Positions 10,798 through 20,365 of a stretch of DNA of 64,000 nucleotides are shown here, in pieces. The first letter of the stretch is position 1; each line of letters opens with the position of its first letter. The DNA comes from Nitrospirota bacterium (lineage in GTDB: Bacteria > Nitrospirota > Nitrospiria > Nitrospirales > NS-4), in NCBI GenBank assembly GCA_963788195.1, contig CAWBGA010000002.1:1-64000 (forward strand). The letters run 5' to 3'. Both the position numbers and the translations under genes were made by a program. A model generated the notes under the pieces. The model worked only from the letters and a program-made list of their open reading frames with translations, did no database searches and was not told where the DNA came from.

Positions 10798-12736
10798 TTT
10801 AATCCAGCCTGAAAAGCCGGTTGCGAAAACCGACGTCCCCAAGCTTAAGACCATGCTGCTGTTTCCTCCTGAGTGGGTGCCTACCGCGCCGTATCTGGCG
10901 TTGCCGAGCCTGACCGCGGTGCTGCGTGAAAACGGACACGAGGTGATTCAGAAGGATGTCAACATCGAGATGTACGATCTCTTTTTCAGCGACACCTTCT
11001 TGATCTGGATCATGGCTCGGATGTCCATGCAGTTGCGCCAACTCGAGGCCAAGGAGGCATCAGTCGGGCTCACGGACCGCGAGGCTGATCAGAGGGCTGT
11101 GCTCGAGGCGAAGTCCGGGGTGAACGTGATGGATCTGGCTGAGCGTGCGATGCGGGCCAAGCGTATCGTCCGCAGCGAAGAATACTATGATGCCGACAAA
11201 CTGGAGGGCGCCCTCGGCACCTTCCGCGAAGTCATGCAGTACATCTCGGCCGCCTACTATCCCGCGTCCATCGTGTTTTATCCCATGGAAAGCAACCTCG
11301 GATACCGTCCCGGCGTCTCTCAAGAAGTCTTTGCCTGTTTGGAGGATGAGCAGGTCAATATCTATCGCGATGTGTGCCGGCAACTGGTGCTGCCGTTGGT
11401 CGAGCGCGAACGACCTGATGTCGTCGGGGTGTCGATCGGGACCCAGATGCAGCTCCTTGCGGGACTCACGTTTTGCAAGATGATCAAAGAGTCCTTCCCG
11501 CAGATTCATATTACGGTTGGGGGCAATATCATTACCCGTCTGCAGGAAGAATTCCCGACGCACGAACGCCTCTTTACCGATGTCTTTGATACGGCGATCA
11601 TGTATGAAGGAGAACACGCCCTCCTGTGGCTGTTGGAGGCACTCGCCGGTGGACGCGCCATCGCAAGCGTGCCGAACCTGATCTACCGGACACCTGACGG
11701 GATCCAGGTCAACAAGGACATTTACACCGAAAAGACCACGGCGCTACCGCTTCCCGATTTCGATGGCTTCCCACTGGACAGCTATTTTGTGCCGACCAGA
11801 ATCCTTCCCTACCTGGCCACGCGTGGCTGCTACTGGGGCCGATGCACGTTCTGTGATCATGGACAGGGATATTTCGACCAGTATCGAGGCATGCCGGCCC
11901 ACCAAGTGATAGACCAGATCAAGGCGTTGAAGGACAAATATCAGGCGGAGCATTTTTTGTTCGCCGACGAATCCTATCCTCCCGCGCTCTTTAAGAAAGT
12001 CATCCAGCTTCTTGTGGATCAAAACGTCGGCATCAAATGGACGACGCTGATCCGGTTCGAGGAAAGCCTTTCGGATCCGGAGCTCTGGCGGTTGGCCGCC
12101 AAGTCAGGCTGTTGCACGCTTTATTATGGGATGGAGTCGGCAAACGAACGCGTGCTCAATCTCATGGACAAGCATGTGAAGAAGTCCGTGATCGAGAGTA
12201 ATCTCAAGCTCGCGTCGGCGGCCGGGATCTGGAACCATGTCATGGCGTTCTACGGTTTTCCCGGGGAAAACCGCGAGGAGGCGGAAGAGACGCGGCGGTT
12301 TCTCCTGGACAATAAGGAGAACATCCACTCGGTCGAACTCTTTTATTTTGTCGCCTACCGGCACACGCCGATGGTGCGGAATCCGGAGAAGTTCGGGATC
12401 ACGATTCACAAACAGGAGGAGTACGATCTTCCGCTCGATTACTACTACACCCTGGATGATCCCGGCGGTGTCACGTGCCTGGAGGCGATGCAGCTCTGCG
12501 AGGAATTCTACGCACGTGACTTTGCGCCGTGGGCGGTGCGCGTGAATGCCCGCGAGCACGTCTTTCTCTACATCTCGAAGTTCGGAACGAACCGGCTGCC
12601 GCAGATCTATGCCAAAGCCCAGGAGCGCTCCGCGAACAGTGTGTCCGGACTGGTTACCTGGCCCGTCTCCCGCGGCGATGCCGAAGCCGAAGGCGACCAA
12701 TCAATGGGGCGGGTCCACAGCCACTCCGCGCCATAA
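10787..12736 (+). CDS. B12-binding-domain radical SAM protein 2
   Basis: LLFPP..PYLALPSL, ATRGCYWGRCTFC, FADE, GMES; start overlaps the end of paralog 1. Confidence 0.92.
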   Translation: MSVDLIQPEKPVAKTDVPKLKTMLLFPPEWVPTAPYLALPSLTAVLRENGHEVIQKDVNIEMYDLFFSDTFLIWIMARMSMQLRQLEAKEASVGLTDREADQRAVLEAKSGVNVMDLAERAMRAKRIVRSEEYYDADKLEGALGTFREVMQYISAAYYPASIVFYPMESNLGYRPGVSQEVFACLEDEQVNIYRDVCRQLVLPLVERERPDVVGVSIGTQMQLLAGLTFCKMIKESFPQIHITVGGNIITRLQEEFPTHERLFTDVFDTAIMYEGEHALLWLLEALAGGRAIASVPNLIYRTPDGIQVNKDIYTEKTTALPLPDFDGFPLDSYFVPTRILPYLATRGCYWGRCTFCDHGQGYFDQYRGMPAHQVIDQIKALKDKYQAEHFLFADESYPPALFKKVIQLLVDQNVGIKWTTLIRFEESLSDPELWRLAAKSGCCTLYYGMESANERVLNLMDKHVKKSVIESNLKLASAAGIWNHVMAFYGFPGENREEAEETRRFLLDNKENIHSVELFYFVAYRHTPMVRNPEKFGITIHKQEEYDLPLDYYYTLDDPGGVTCLEAMQLCEEFYARDFAPWAVRVNAREHVFLYISKFGTNRLPQIYAKAQERSANSVSGLVTWPVSRGDAEAEGDQSMGRVHSHSAP

Positions 12737-12802
12737 TAGAGATCGCCGTGAGGCGAAATGCTCTCAGCAATCTTCGCCTCTTTTTAACCATTAGCTTGGA
12801 GG

Positions 12803-13234
12803 ATGACCATGCCGGATTCAGGCGATCTCGAAGAACAGCTGCTTTCCGAAGTTGGAGAACTCATGAGCCGGCAGATCCAAGCTGTTGCCGCCGATGCTTC
12901 ACTGCGGGAGGCCAGCCGCCTCATGGAGAAGTTCAATGTGGGCTCCCTGCTGGTCCTCGGAGGTGGCCAATACAGTGGGATCCTGACCGATACGGACCTT
13001 GCCCGAAAAGGTTTGGCGAAAGGAGTCGATCCCGAGAAGGATCGAGTCAAATCCTTGATGAGCAGTCCCATTATCACCATAGACAGTCAAAAGCTTGTGG
13101 AAGAGGCTCGGGCTTTGATGAAGAGCAAGGGCATTCGGCATTTGGCCGTGACAGAAGAAGGAAAAATTGTGGGGATTATCTCACTCGGCGACTTGATACG
13201 TTACTACGCGTCAAACTTTAAGATGAGCGAGTGA
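12803..13234 (+). CDS. CBS-domain pair protein
   Basis: VGELMS..SLREASRLM..VGSLLV..GILTDTD..LMSSPIITI..IRHLAV..VGIISLGD. Confidence 0.9.
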   Translation: MTMPDSGDLEEQLLSEVGELMSRQIQAVAADASLREASRLMEKFNVGSLLVLGGGQYSGILTDTDLARKGLAKGVDPEKDRVKSLMSSPIITIDSQKLVEEARALMKSKGIRHLAVTEEGKIVGIISLGDLIRYYASNFKMSE

Positions 13235-13249
13235 CGACACCCCAGCGCA

Positions 13250-14420
13250 CTATTTTTTCCCACTCTCTGATGCCAGATTAACGGAAACAGGAAGGGCGGC
13301 GGTCTCTTCAACTCTTTCGACCGCCTTGACCGCTTGATCATGCTGCTGTTCGGCTTTGAGCGCGATGCCAAGGTGATACGCAGCCGCGGCATATTTCGGA
13401 TCACTGGCAAGTGATTGCCGGAACATCTCCGCCGCTTCGCGCCATTGCTCTTGTGATGCATAGGCCATGCCCAGGTTGCACAGAATCCATGGCGCGTTCG
13501 GGCTCAGTTGCAATGCGGATTGGTAGTGCTTGACCGCGAGCGCCAGGAAATCATTGTCATTGCTTAGAGTCAGTGCGAGCGTATGTAACAAATGGCCGGT
13601 CGCAAAGTTCCGCTTAGCGACGCTCTCCGTGTCCTTATCTTTTGAAAGGATGACCCGTGGCGGGGCATTCCCTGCAGGAAGGGTAACGTCATGTTCTACC
13701 AGCCACCTGCGAACCACGGAAGCAGGAATCGCATAGGCGATCGCTGCGCGCATCATAACGGTTCCGCCGCCCTTGCCTTGACGGCTGGTGACCCGTTCCA
13801 GGTATGGCACGGTCTGGGTCATGACCCCAATAACTTCACCGGAATTAATGTCCAGCAAAGGTCCCCCGCTACCTCCGCCGTACATGGTTCCGACCGTTTG
13901 CAGAAACGTCGTGGGGACGCTCTTCATCCGGGATTGTCCCTGCACCAGACCATTAACGGTGAACGGTATCACAGTGCTGTGCAGTGTGAACCCCATATTC
14001 AGAATGTCTGTGAGACGAGGATAGCCCACGCCAATCGTCGGTGAACCTTCATCCGGCTGGGCAGTAGCAAGTCGTAAGGGTGCTAGAGCGAACGGCATGC
14101 GCAGCAGCGCTAAATCCGCATCCGCATCGATCACGACGACTTCGGGATCGCTTACGACGATCTGATCCTGAACATATACATGTAGCTTCTTGCTGTCTTC
14201 GATGACATGGGCGTTGGTGAGGACCAACCCGTCATTGCTGACAAAGAACCCGCTTCCCAGTGACGCGCTACCTCCCTCGTCATCAATTCCGACGATAAGC
14301 ACGGTCGCCGCTTTGCCCTGGCGGTAGATCTCACCCTGTTGGCCAGCAAATACAGACGTCACAAAAAGCAGGGAGAAGAAGAGGAAGAAAGATTCTCTTA
14401 AGAATCTGATTGCGTTTCAT
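13250..14420 (-). CDS. Trypsin-like (HtrA-type S1) serine protease with C-terminal TPR repeats; signal peptide restored by removing one base near 14390
   Basis: GSGFFV..LTNAHV, DLALL, GGSGGPLL; TPR NLGMAY..AYHLGIAL. Confidence 0.85.
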
Positions 14421-14432
14421 ACCGTCAAACAA

Positions 14433-14449
14433 CGCAAAGGCTATGCCTG
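14433..14449 (-). promoter_or_regulatory. Possible sigma-54 (-24/-12) promoter
   Basis: Minus strand reads CAGGCATAGCCTTTGCG (GG-N10-GC), just upstream of the protease start. Confidence 0.4.
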
Positions 14450-14894
14450 GACGAAAAGCAGAGAGCAAATGTTAGAACCACAGCATTTTGGGCCGGATGC
14501 CCCCTCGTCAACATGCCGTTTCTTCAGTGGCCGTGATACTCTAGTATCTTTTCAGATAACAGCGTGTGAGCAGAATAGCTATGAAACTCCTCTGCAATAT
14601 CGCTCCCATATGAATCCGGCATAGAAGCTCAGTAGGCAGCGAATCGCTACACTTGAAGGTAAGCGTGTCTGCGCTGTTCGACCCGCATCTGCCATGCCGA
14701 TATCTGGGCAGGTGCCGACATATTGGCTCAGTACCGGAGATGCCTGGACAAGACTACCGTAGTATTCTGTTGAACAGATTCCCCAGGTCAACCGTATCTG
14801 GCGCCTGGTTTGTGAGAGCGGGACGACGCGAATATGCCGACACATGCTATGTGTTATAGTGTAATCTATAGACTGTACCAGGAGGTGCGTGCGT

Positions 14895-15053
14895 ATGGGC
14901 ATCTACATTTTCCGCGAAGCGATGGAGCTTATTCAAAAAGCAAAGAAGCAGCGAAAAGAAGATGACCTGAAGAAGTTAATTCTTTCTAAACCGGTCGATC
15001 AGCAAAAAGCGTATGTAATCCAGCCGCTGAGGCCGGAAGGAAAGAAATATTAA
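14895..15053 (+). CDS. Small basic protein, 52 aa (below the ORF-track cutoff)
   Basis: AGGAGG RBS then ATG; MGIYIFREAMELIQKAKKQRKEDDLKKLILSKPVDQQKAYVIQPLRPEGKKY; overlaps the 3' end of the convergent gene. Confidence 0.35.
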   Translation: MGIYIFREAMELIQKAKKQRKEDDLKKLILSKPVDQQKAYVIQPLRPEGKKY

Positions 15054-15768
15054 GGTTCCTAATTTCGCGGTATTTCAAAACAAAAGAGTCTCCCGGAACC
15101 TCCTGCCACTCAAACTTTTTCTCACCAGCCGCGGATTCGACAAACTTGCCTCGAAAAACATCTCCCAGATACAGATCTTCAAGGTCTCCTGCTTCGTTGC
15201 TGATAAACCCCACGACCATGCCTCTGTATAACTGGGTCTCGCTGGCCAATTCCATAAGGGCGTCCACAACCGTGATGTGGGGCTCATCCAGCTCAAGCTG
15301 CTCTCGTGCGGTCAGCAGATAGAGCCATCTATTTCTATAGCGAAATAGGGTAGGTATTTTGACGTCCAATTTGTACTCCCATACAATCTTCCTCAGCATG
15401 ATACCTATCACCAACGCCGCTGACATGACGCAGATGAAGTACGCCACGATCCGATACATATGCTGATACAGATTAGATGAGAGACGACTGAATTCCTCCC
15501 CATACCTGCCGTATTCTCCGGCGAGAAATCGAAATACCACATCGAAATCGACCTTGGTGCTGAGATAACCGTGCTGATACAAATGTATGACAGTCGAAAC
15601 TGCGACGAAATGTATCGGCAGCGAATAAAGTATCGCCAGGGCGATGTCGTTAGTGAGGCTCGTCGGCAAGACTTCGCGACTGAAGTCTTCGGTCAGGTAG
15701 GCCGCCCTGGCAATATAGCCGGGCATCGCCAGAAGAAGAATGACGAGGGTCGTAAAGGCAATATTCAT
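14986..15768 (-). CDS. Membrane protein of unknown function
   Basis: Three hydrophobic segments then a soluble domain (YRGMV..DLYL..IRNLNI); AT-richer than neighbours. Confidence 0.7.
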   Translation of the reverse strand: MNIAFTTLVILLLAMPGYIARAAYLTEDFSREVLPTSLTNDIALAILYSLPIHFVAVSTVIHLYQHGYLSTKVDFDVVFRFLAGEYGRYGEEFSRLSSNLYQHMYRIVAYFICVMSAALVIGIMLRKIVWEYKLDVKIPTLFRYRNRWLYLLTAREQLELDEPHITVVDALMELASETQLYRGMVVGFISNEAGDLEDLYLGDVFRGKFVESAAGEKKFEWQEVPGDSFVLKYREIRNLNISFLPASAAGLHTLFADRPV

Positions 15769-16061
15769 TTCGCGTCTGATTGCTCCCCGCGTGCACTGTT
15801 TTCTAGCCTTTCGGTTAGGAGTTCATAGGCTGCTTGAATCTCCTTGGTCATAGCCTCGCCCTGCTTGTACATCTTCATATACTTCTTGGGATTGTTCGTG
15901 AGATTCGCGTAGCGGGGCGGATGCCAGGTCAGCAGGAGTTGCCGGCGTTTTTGATCCAGTCGATCCCGGGAATCGAAAGCATGTAATTCGCCTTCGGTCA
16001 TTTCAAACAGGGCAAGGGCCCGTTGAAATGTGACGATGCTTTGTGGTTGGGCTTGCTCCAT
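15765..16061 (-). CDS. J-domain (DnaJ-like) protein with HPP in place of HPD
   Basis: ALALFEM..RRQLLLTWHPPRY..TKEIQAAYELL. Confidence 0.7.
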   Translation of the reverse strand: MEQAQPQSIVTFQRALALFEMTEGELHAFDSRDRLDQKRRQLLLTWHPPRYANLTNNPKKYMKMYKQGEAMTKEIQAAYELLTERLENSARGEQSDAK

Positions 16062-16066
16062 ACGCC

Positions 16067-17719
16067 TCAGATCGAAAAGGAGCTCAGATGGCTTGAGGAA
16101 CGTCTTGTGCCGCCCCGCATGAACGGCGGGTCGCCGTGATCGAGCCGGAACAGCTGAAGCGGCGCCAATTTATCGGACGCTGCAAACACCTCGGTCCCGC
16201 CGTCGGGTCTCGCCCGGAAAATATCCATGGCCTGGCTGTAATGGTATCCACATCCCAGGGGCGCCAGCAGATCTTTCAAGGCTTCCGGCGGGTCCCAATT
16301 AGCGGTCAAGAGCGCGGTGCGGGCGGGGTTTCGCCGGCTGAACATAAAGGAGAGGTGGTCCGGGTACCAATCGGCGCCTCCCGTCGCGTAAGAGCCAAAC
16401 ATGCGCGCCTTCGCGGCGCCGGCAAGCTCAGCCAAATAGCTGTTCGTCAGGTAGCCGTTCTCGCCGACTTCCAACCACTGACCGGGTGGCGACAAGCAAG
16501 CGTACGCGGTATAAGCCCGGACTTCCTTGAGTTGCTGCTGCGAAGCAAACAGGGTGGACACAGGTCCGTACCGCTGGACGAGGTCCCCAATGACACCTTC
16601 CTTGACGGCCGACTTGCCGGAATTCGTCGGGCCGCTGTCTACATGGATGAGCGTGTTTCGGCCCCTGTCGTTGATCAAATAGCAGTTCCGGGGCATCTCG
16701 ATATCTACCGGATCTTCCCCGAAGAACGGCACCGATACAACGGCACCGCCGTCAATAGGGTAGGACTCGCCATGAGCGAGCTCAACGATCCGTGTAAAGC
16801 CAAGCTCACGGAGAAGCGACGGATAACTGTAGTACAGCGAGCGAGCGTTGCGGCGGCTCGGAACCACGATCGGAATATCTTTCGGCATGGCCAGCAATGT
16901 GCGCGGATCGACATGGTCATCGTGATCATGGGTCAGAAAGATTGCTGCCGGCCGGGGAAGGAGTGACACCCAGAGGCTGGGAACCGCTGATTCCGCAAGC
17001 CATGGTAGCAACCAGGGATCAAACAAAAAGAAGTTCTCAGCCTGTCGGTACAGCAGGGCGGCATGTCCCAAATGCACGACATCTTGATCCTGTGTGGCAG
17101 CAACCCAATGACTCCGTAATGAGGAGCCCGGTGATACCACCAGAGAGTTCTGTTTTCTCAGGATGTCCAGGATCTGTAGTAGAGCCGGCACCGCTCTACC
17201 TGAGCTTTCCGCCGCAGCCCGGATCTCGCCCACCGTTCGGCTGCCATCCAGCAGCCCCAATAACCTTCCGACAGACGGCCCAATAGGTCCATCGAAGGCG
17301 AACGGAATGGCCTGCCGGGTTACCGCATTGAAAGCCTGCAGCCCTGCGTAGGTGAGCGCCGGCGCTTGTCTTGGATTGCAGGGAAATTCCCACTGGAAGG
17401 TGCCATCGGGCCGGCGACCGCATTTGATATGGTCCCTAAGATGCGGTCGGGACTTGACGAGTTCCGCGTAAGCGTCTTCTAGGCGAGTGGCTACTGCCGG
17501 ATCGTCCAGGGCGGCTCGATGGGCGAAGACATCGCTAATGGCAGTCTCTACCGCACTGAGCAGAAGGCCATGGGCTTCGTGAAGGCTCGCGACGACTTCC
17601 GGATCGACTCCGGCGACCAGTGGGAACGGCCCCGGAACTTCGGCGGTTTCCATTTGGACCCAGGTCCAGGGTAATAGGCCAAGGTAGTGGTCGCGATTCC
17701 AGGAATCCCACACACTCAT
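16067..17719 (-). CDS. Metallo-beta-lactamase-fold hydrolase with N-terminal extension
   Basis: HLGHAALL, FDPWL, THDHDDH (HxHxDH). Confidence 0.85.
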   Translation of the reverse strand: MSVWDSWNRDHYLGLLPWTWVQMETAEVPGPFPLVAGVDPEVVASLHEAHGLLLSAVETAISDVFAHRAALDDPAVATRLEDAYAELVKSRPHLRDHIKCGRRPDGTFQWEFPCNPRQAPALTYAGLQAFNAVTRQAIPFAFDGPIGPSVGRLLGLLDGSRTVGEIRAAAESSGRAVPALLQILDILRKQNSLVVSPGSSLRSHWVAATQDQDVVHLGHAALLYRQAENFFLFDPWLLPWLAESAVPSLWVSLLPRPAAIFLTHDHDDHVDPRTLLAMPKDIPIVVPSRRNARSLYYSYPSLLRELGFTRIVELAHGESYPIDGGAVVSVPFFGEDPVDIEMPRNCYLINDRGRNTLIHVDSGPTNSGKSAVKEGVIGDLVQRYGPVSTLFASQQQLKEVRAYTAYACLSPPGQWLEVGENGYLTNSYLAELAGAAKARMFGSYATGGADWYPDHLSFMFSRRNPARTALLTANWDPPEALKDLLAPLGCGYHYSQAMDIFRARPDGGTEVFAASDKLAPLQLFRLDHGDPPFMRGGTRRSSSHLSSFSI

Positions 17720-17751
17720 AGGAGGAGCCTATAGCGGCCTCAGTATCCTGG

Positions 17752-19621
17752 TCAAGGCCGGGTCTTAATGAAAAGATAGAGAAACACATCGGGGCGGATG
17801 CGGGCGTGCGTCAGAATTGTCTTGAGGATGCCGACGCCGGGCGTCTCGGTCAACGGGATCCCGGCCTCGGGAAAAAGCCCGGCGCGCAGGGCGGACTTCT
17901 GCAAGCTTGGAGGGCCGGCGACAATCGCAAAACCGCCGGGCCTGAGGGCGGCTGCAATCTGTTCGATAGCCTGTTCAACCGCTGGTTCATCGGTATACTG
18001 ATCGAAAGACATCCATCGAAGGACTAAGTCGTAGGTTTTCATATACGCCTGAGGGCGGCGCGCAATCGGCAGGAATCTAAAGTTCGACGGCGCAAGATCG
18101 CACGAAGCGTGTCTCTGGGCCCATAGCCGTTGGGCTTGGCGTTGCGCAAATTCGGGCCGGTCGTACAGGATAGTCCCAGACTGAGCGCCGGAAACCTCGA
18201 GGCATTCTGCGCTTACGGCGTCCCACTGATCGATCAGAGAGTCATGCCGAGCCGGTCCGTGGCGTTCGAGATAAATCAAGATCTGCTCCATGGCCAATGG
18301 CTGGGTCGCCAGTTCCTCCACCGTTGCATCGTCGTCGGGATACAGCGGAACTGCGAAGTAGGCCTGTACCGCGTCTACCCGTGGGGCGCCTTCAGGAAAT
18401 AGATTGCGCCACGTTGGCTGAGTCGCACGAGTCTCCGGAAGAGGAGACTCCTTCAAGATGCCCCATTCTTGTTTGAGAGCTATGGTCTCGCGACGGTCTC
18501 CGTCCTTAAGCAGAAGGGCATCCTTCGTTACCCCAACAAGACGGTCGTCAACCGCCGCTGATTGCGTTGTGGGCCGGGTGTACGGAAGCGCGGTCGGGTC
18601 AGTGCTTTTGGTGACCTTGTAGACTACCCCCGCCGCAACTGTGACGCAGAGAGCATGTTCGTCGTCCATAAATCGATGCGGGGGATCTGAGCGCGGGCGC
18701 CAGGCGACCTCCGCCGAGCGCGCCGGGTCCATAAACACGGAGAACGGGTCGGCGGCATCCTTTTCCACCCGCCCGCCCCGGACGCGCCCAGACGCGTCCC
18801 TTTCCTCAAGCTCCGGCACGAAATACGTCGAGAAGAGACGAAAGGCTTGAGGCGATGGATAGGTAGGGATGCCGCGGTATCGCAGTACACGGGGCGACTC
18901 TCCGGTGTTCTGATCGTCGTACAGGCCGCGGATCAGTTCAAACACCGCACTCCCGGTACCGGCAAGGAGCGATTGAAAGAGCTCGACGACCGGCAGGAAG
19001 TCAATTCTGCCCCAGTGCATCGCACCCATACAGGCCATAAACCGTGCCTGATTGAAGTCACCCTCCTTGAGCAGGTACAAGGCATCCTTCCGATGCCGAA
19101 TAGTGATCTGGCCATGGGCGTCCAGCTTCAGGCTGTCGTCGTCATAGAACAAGGCCACCTCGTCGGGGCTGACGCCCATTGCGCGCGCTGCCATAGTATG
19201 CAGGCCCTCTCTCGTCAGCCTTTGCCAACCCGGCTTTTGCCGAAAGGTCGAAGTTGGCGACGTTGATCAGCCCCTCCGGTTTGATCCCGATCCATTGGCC
19301 CCAATCCAAGCGTAAGCGTGCGCGGAGCAGCCGGGCCGGAACAGGGTGACTGTCCCAGGCGCATTCATGGAGCGGTGCGCCTCCCGGATCAAGATAAAGA
19401 ATGCGCTGGCCGTGCTCGCCGTACAGAATGGCATGACCGGTGTGGGTGACGAGGACCTTCAGCCCCGAGGGATATTCCGGCGTCTGCCAGCGGATGCCTT
19501 CAGCAACCGGGGAGGGCATCAAATCGTTCTTGCGTAAGCGGTCCAGGACCGCCTGATTTTCTGCAAAAACAACATGGCCGGGGTGGGTGAGCGCCGAGAA
19601 TAACTGAACAGGCAAAGCCAT
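17752..19621 (-). CDS. Hypothetical protein with a methyltransferase-like C-terminus (+1 frameshift near 19232)
   Basis: ORFs 19142..19621 and 17752..19194 join through ..GWQRLTREGLHTMAAR..; C-terminal YDLVL..ALRPGG. Confidence 0.6.
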
Positions 19622-19917
19622 TGGCGAATCCTCTGGAGGGGACGTTATGGAATCGTCTTTGACCTGTCAAGGAGCGGGACGGCCTTTGCGAAGTTTTCCC
19701 GGAAGAGGGGCTTTTCCTTCCTGTCTTGAGGGGCTTGGAACATGTCGAGTATGATTGGCGCCACAGGCCAGGGCGCGGGGAAGCCGCCTGCTGTGTAATT
19801 GTACGTGCTATGATATTCTGCTTGGCTTGGCAATAGCCATCGCCGGAAAGGACAAGGACAGAGTGTCGGATCAAGTATCCTCGCAAATGCCTCCATCGGC
19901 AGAACCCTGCGCTCGAT

Positions 19918-20358
19918 GTGCGCAAACGACCAATCCTGATCGTCGAAGACGATCCGGTTGATCGGGAAATGATTGAGTTGGCGTTCCAGCGTGCGGCGGT
20001 GGATAACCCCCTCATAACTATGGTCAATGGACAGGAGGCGCTTACCTATTTGTTTGCTAAAGAGCAGTTTCAATGGAGGCGGAGTTCCGACCTGCCGGCC
20101 GTGATCATTTTGGATTTGGACATGCCGCAGATGGACGGCTTCGAATTTCTCCGGCGCGTAAAGGCCGAGCCGAAGCTGAGAAGCATTCCGATCGTTGTGT
20201 TGACCACGTCGCAGTTCGATCGGGACTTGAGCCAGAGCTACGCGCTCGGCGCCAACAGTTGCCTCACCAAACCCGGCGACTTTCAGCAGTTAGTCAGGAT
20301 TGCCTCCGATGTCACTCAGTATTGGTGCCGCCGCAATCGGGTTCCGGAAAACGGTTAA
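19918..20358 (+). CDS. Single-domain response regulator (Rcp1-like)
   Basis: ILIVEDD, IILDLDMPQMDG, IPIVVLTTS, GANSCLTKP. Confidence 0.92.
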   Translation: MRKRPILIVEDDPVDREMIELAFQRAAVDNPLITMVNGQEALTYLFAKEQFQWRRSSDLPAVIILDLDMPQMDGFEFLRRVKAEPKLRSIPIVVLTTSQFDRDLSQSYALGANSCLTKPGDFQQLVRIASDVTQYWCRRNRVPENG

Positions 20359-20365
20359 ATTCCAT

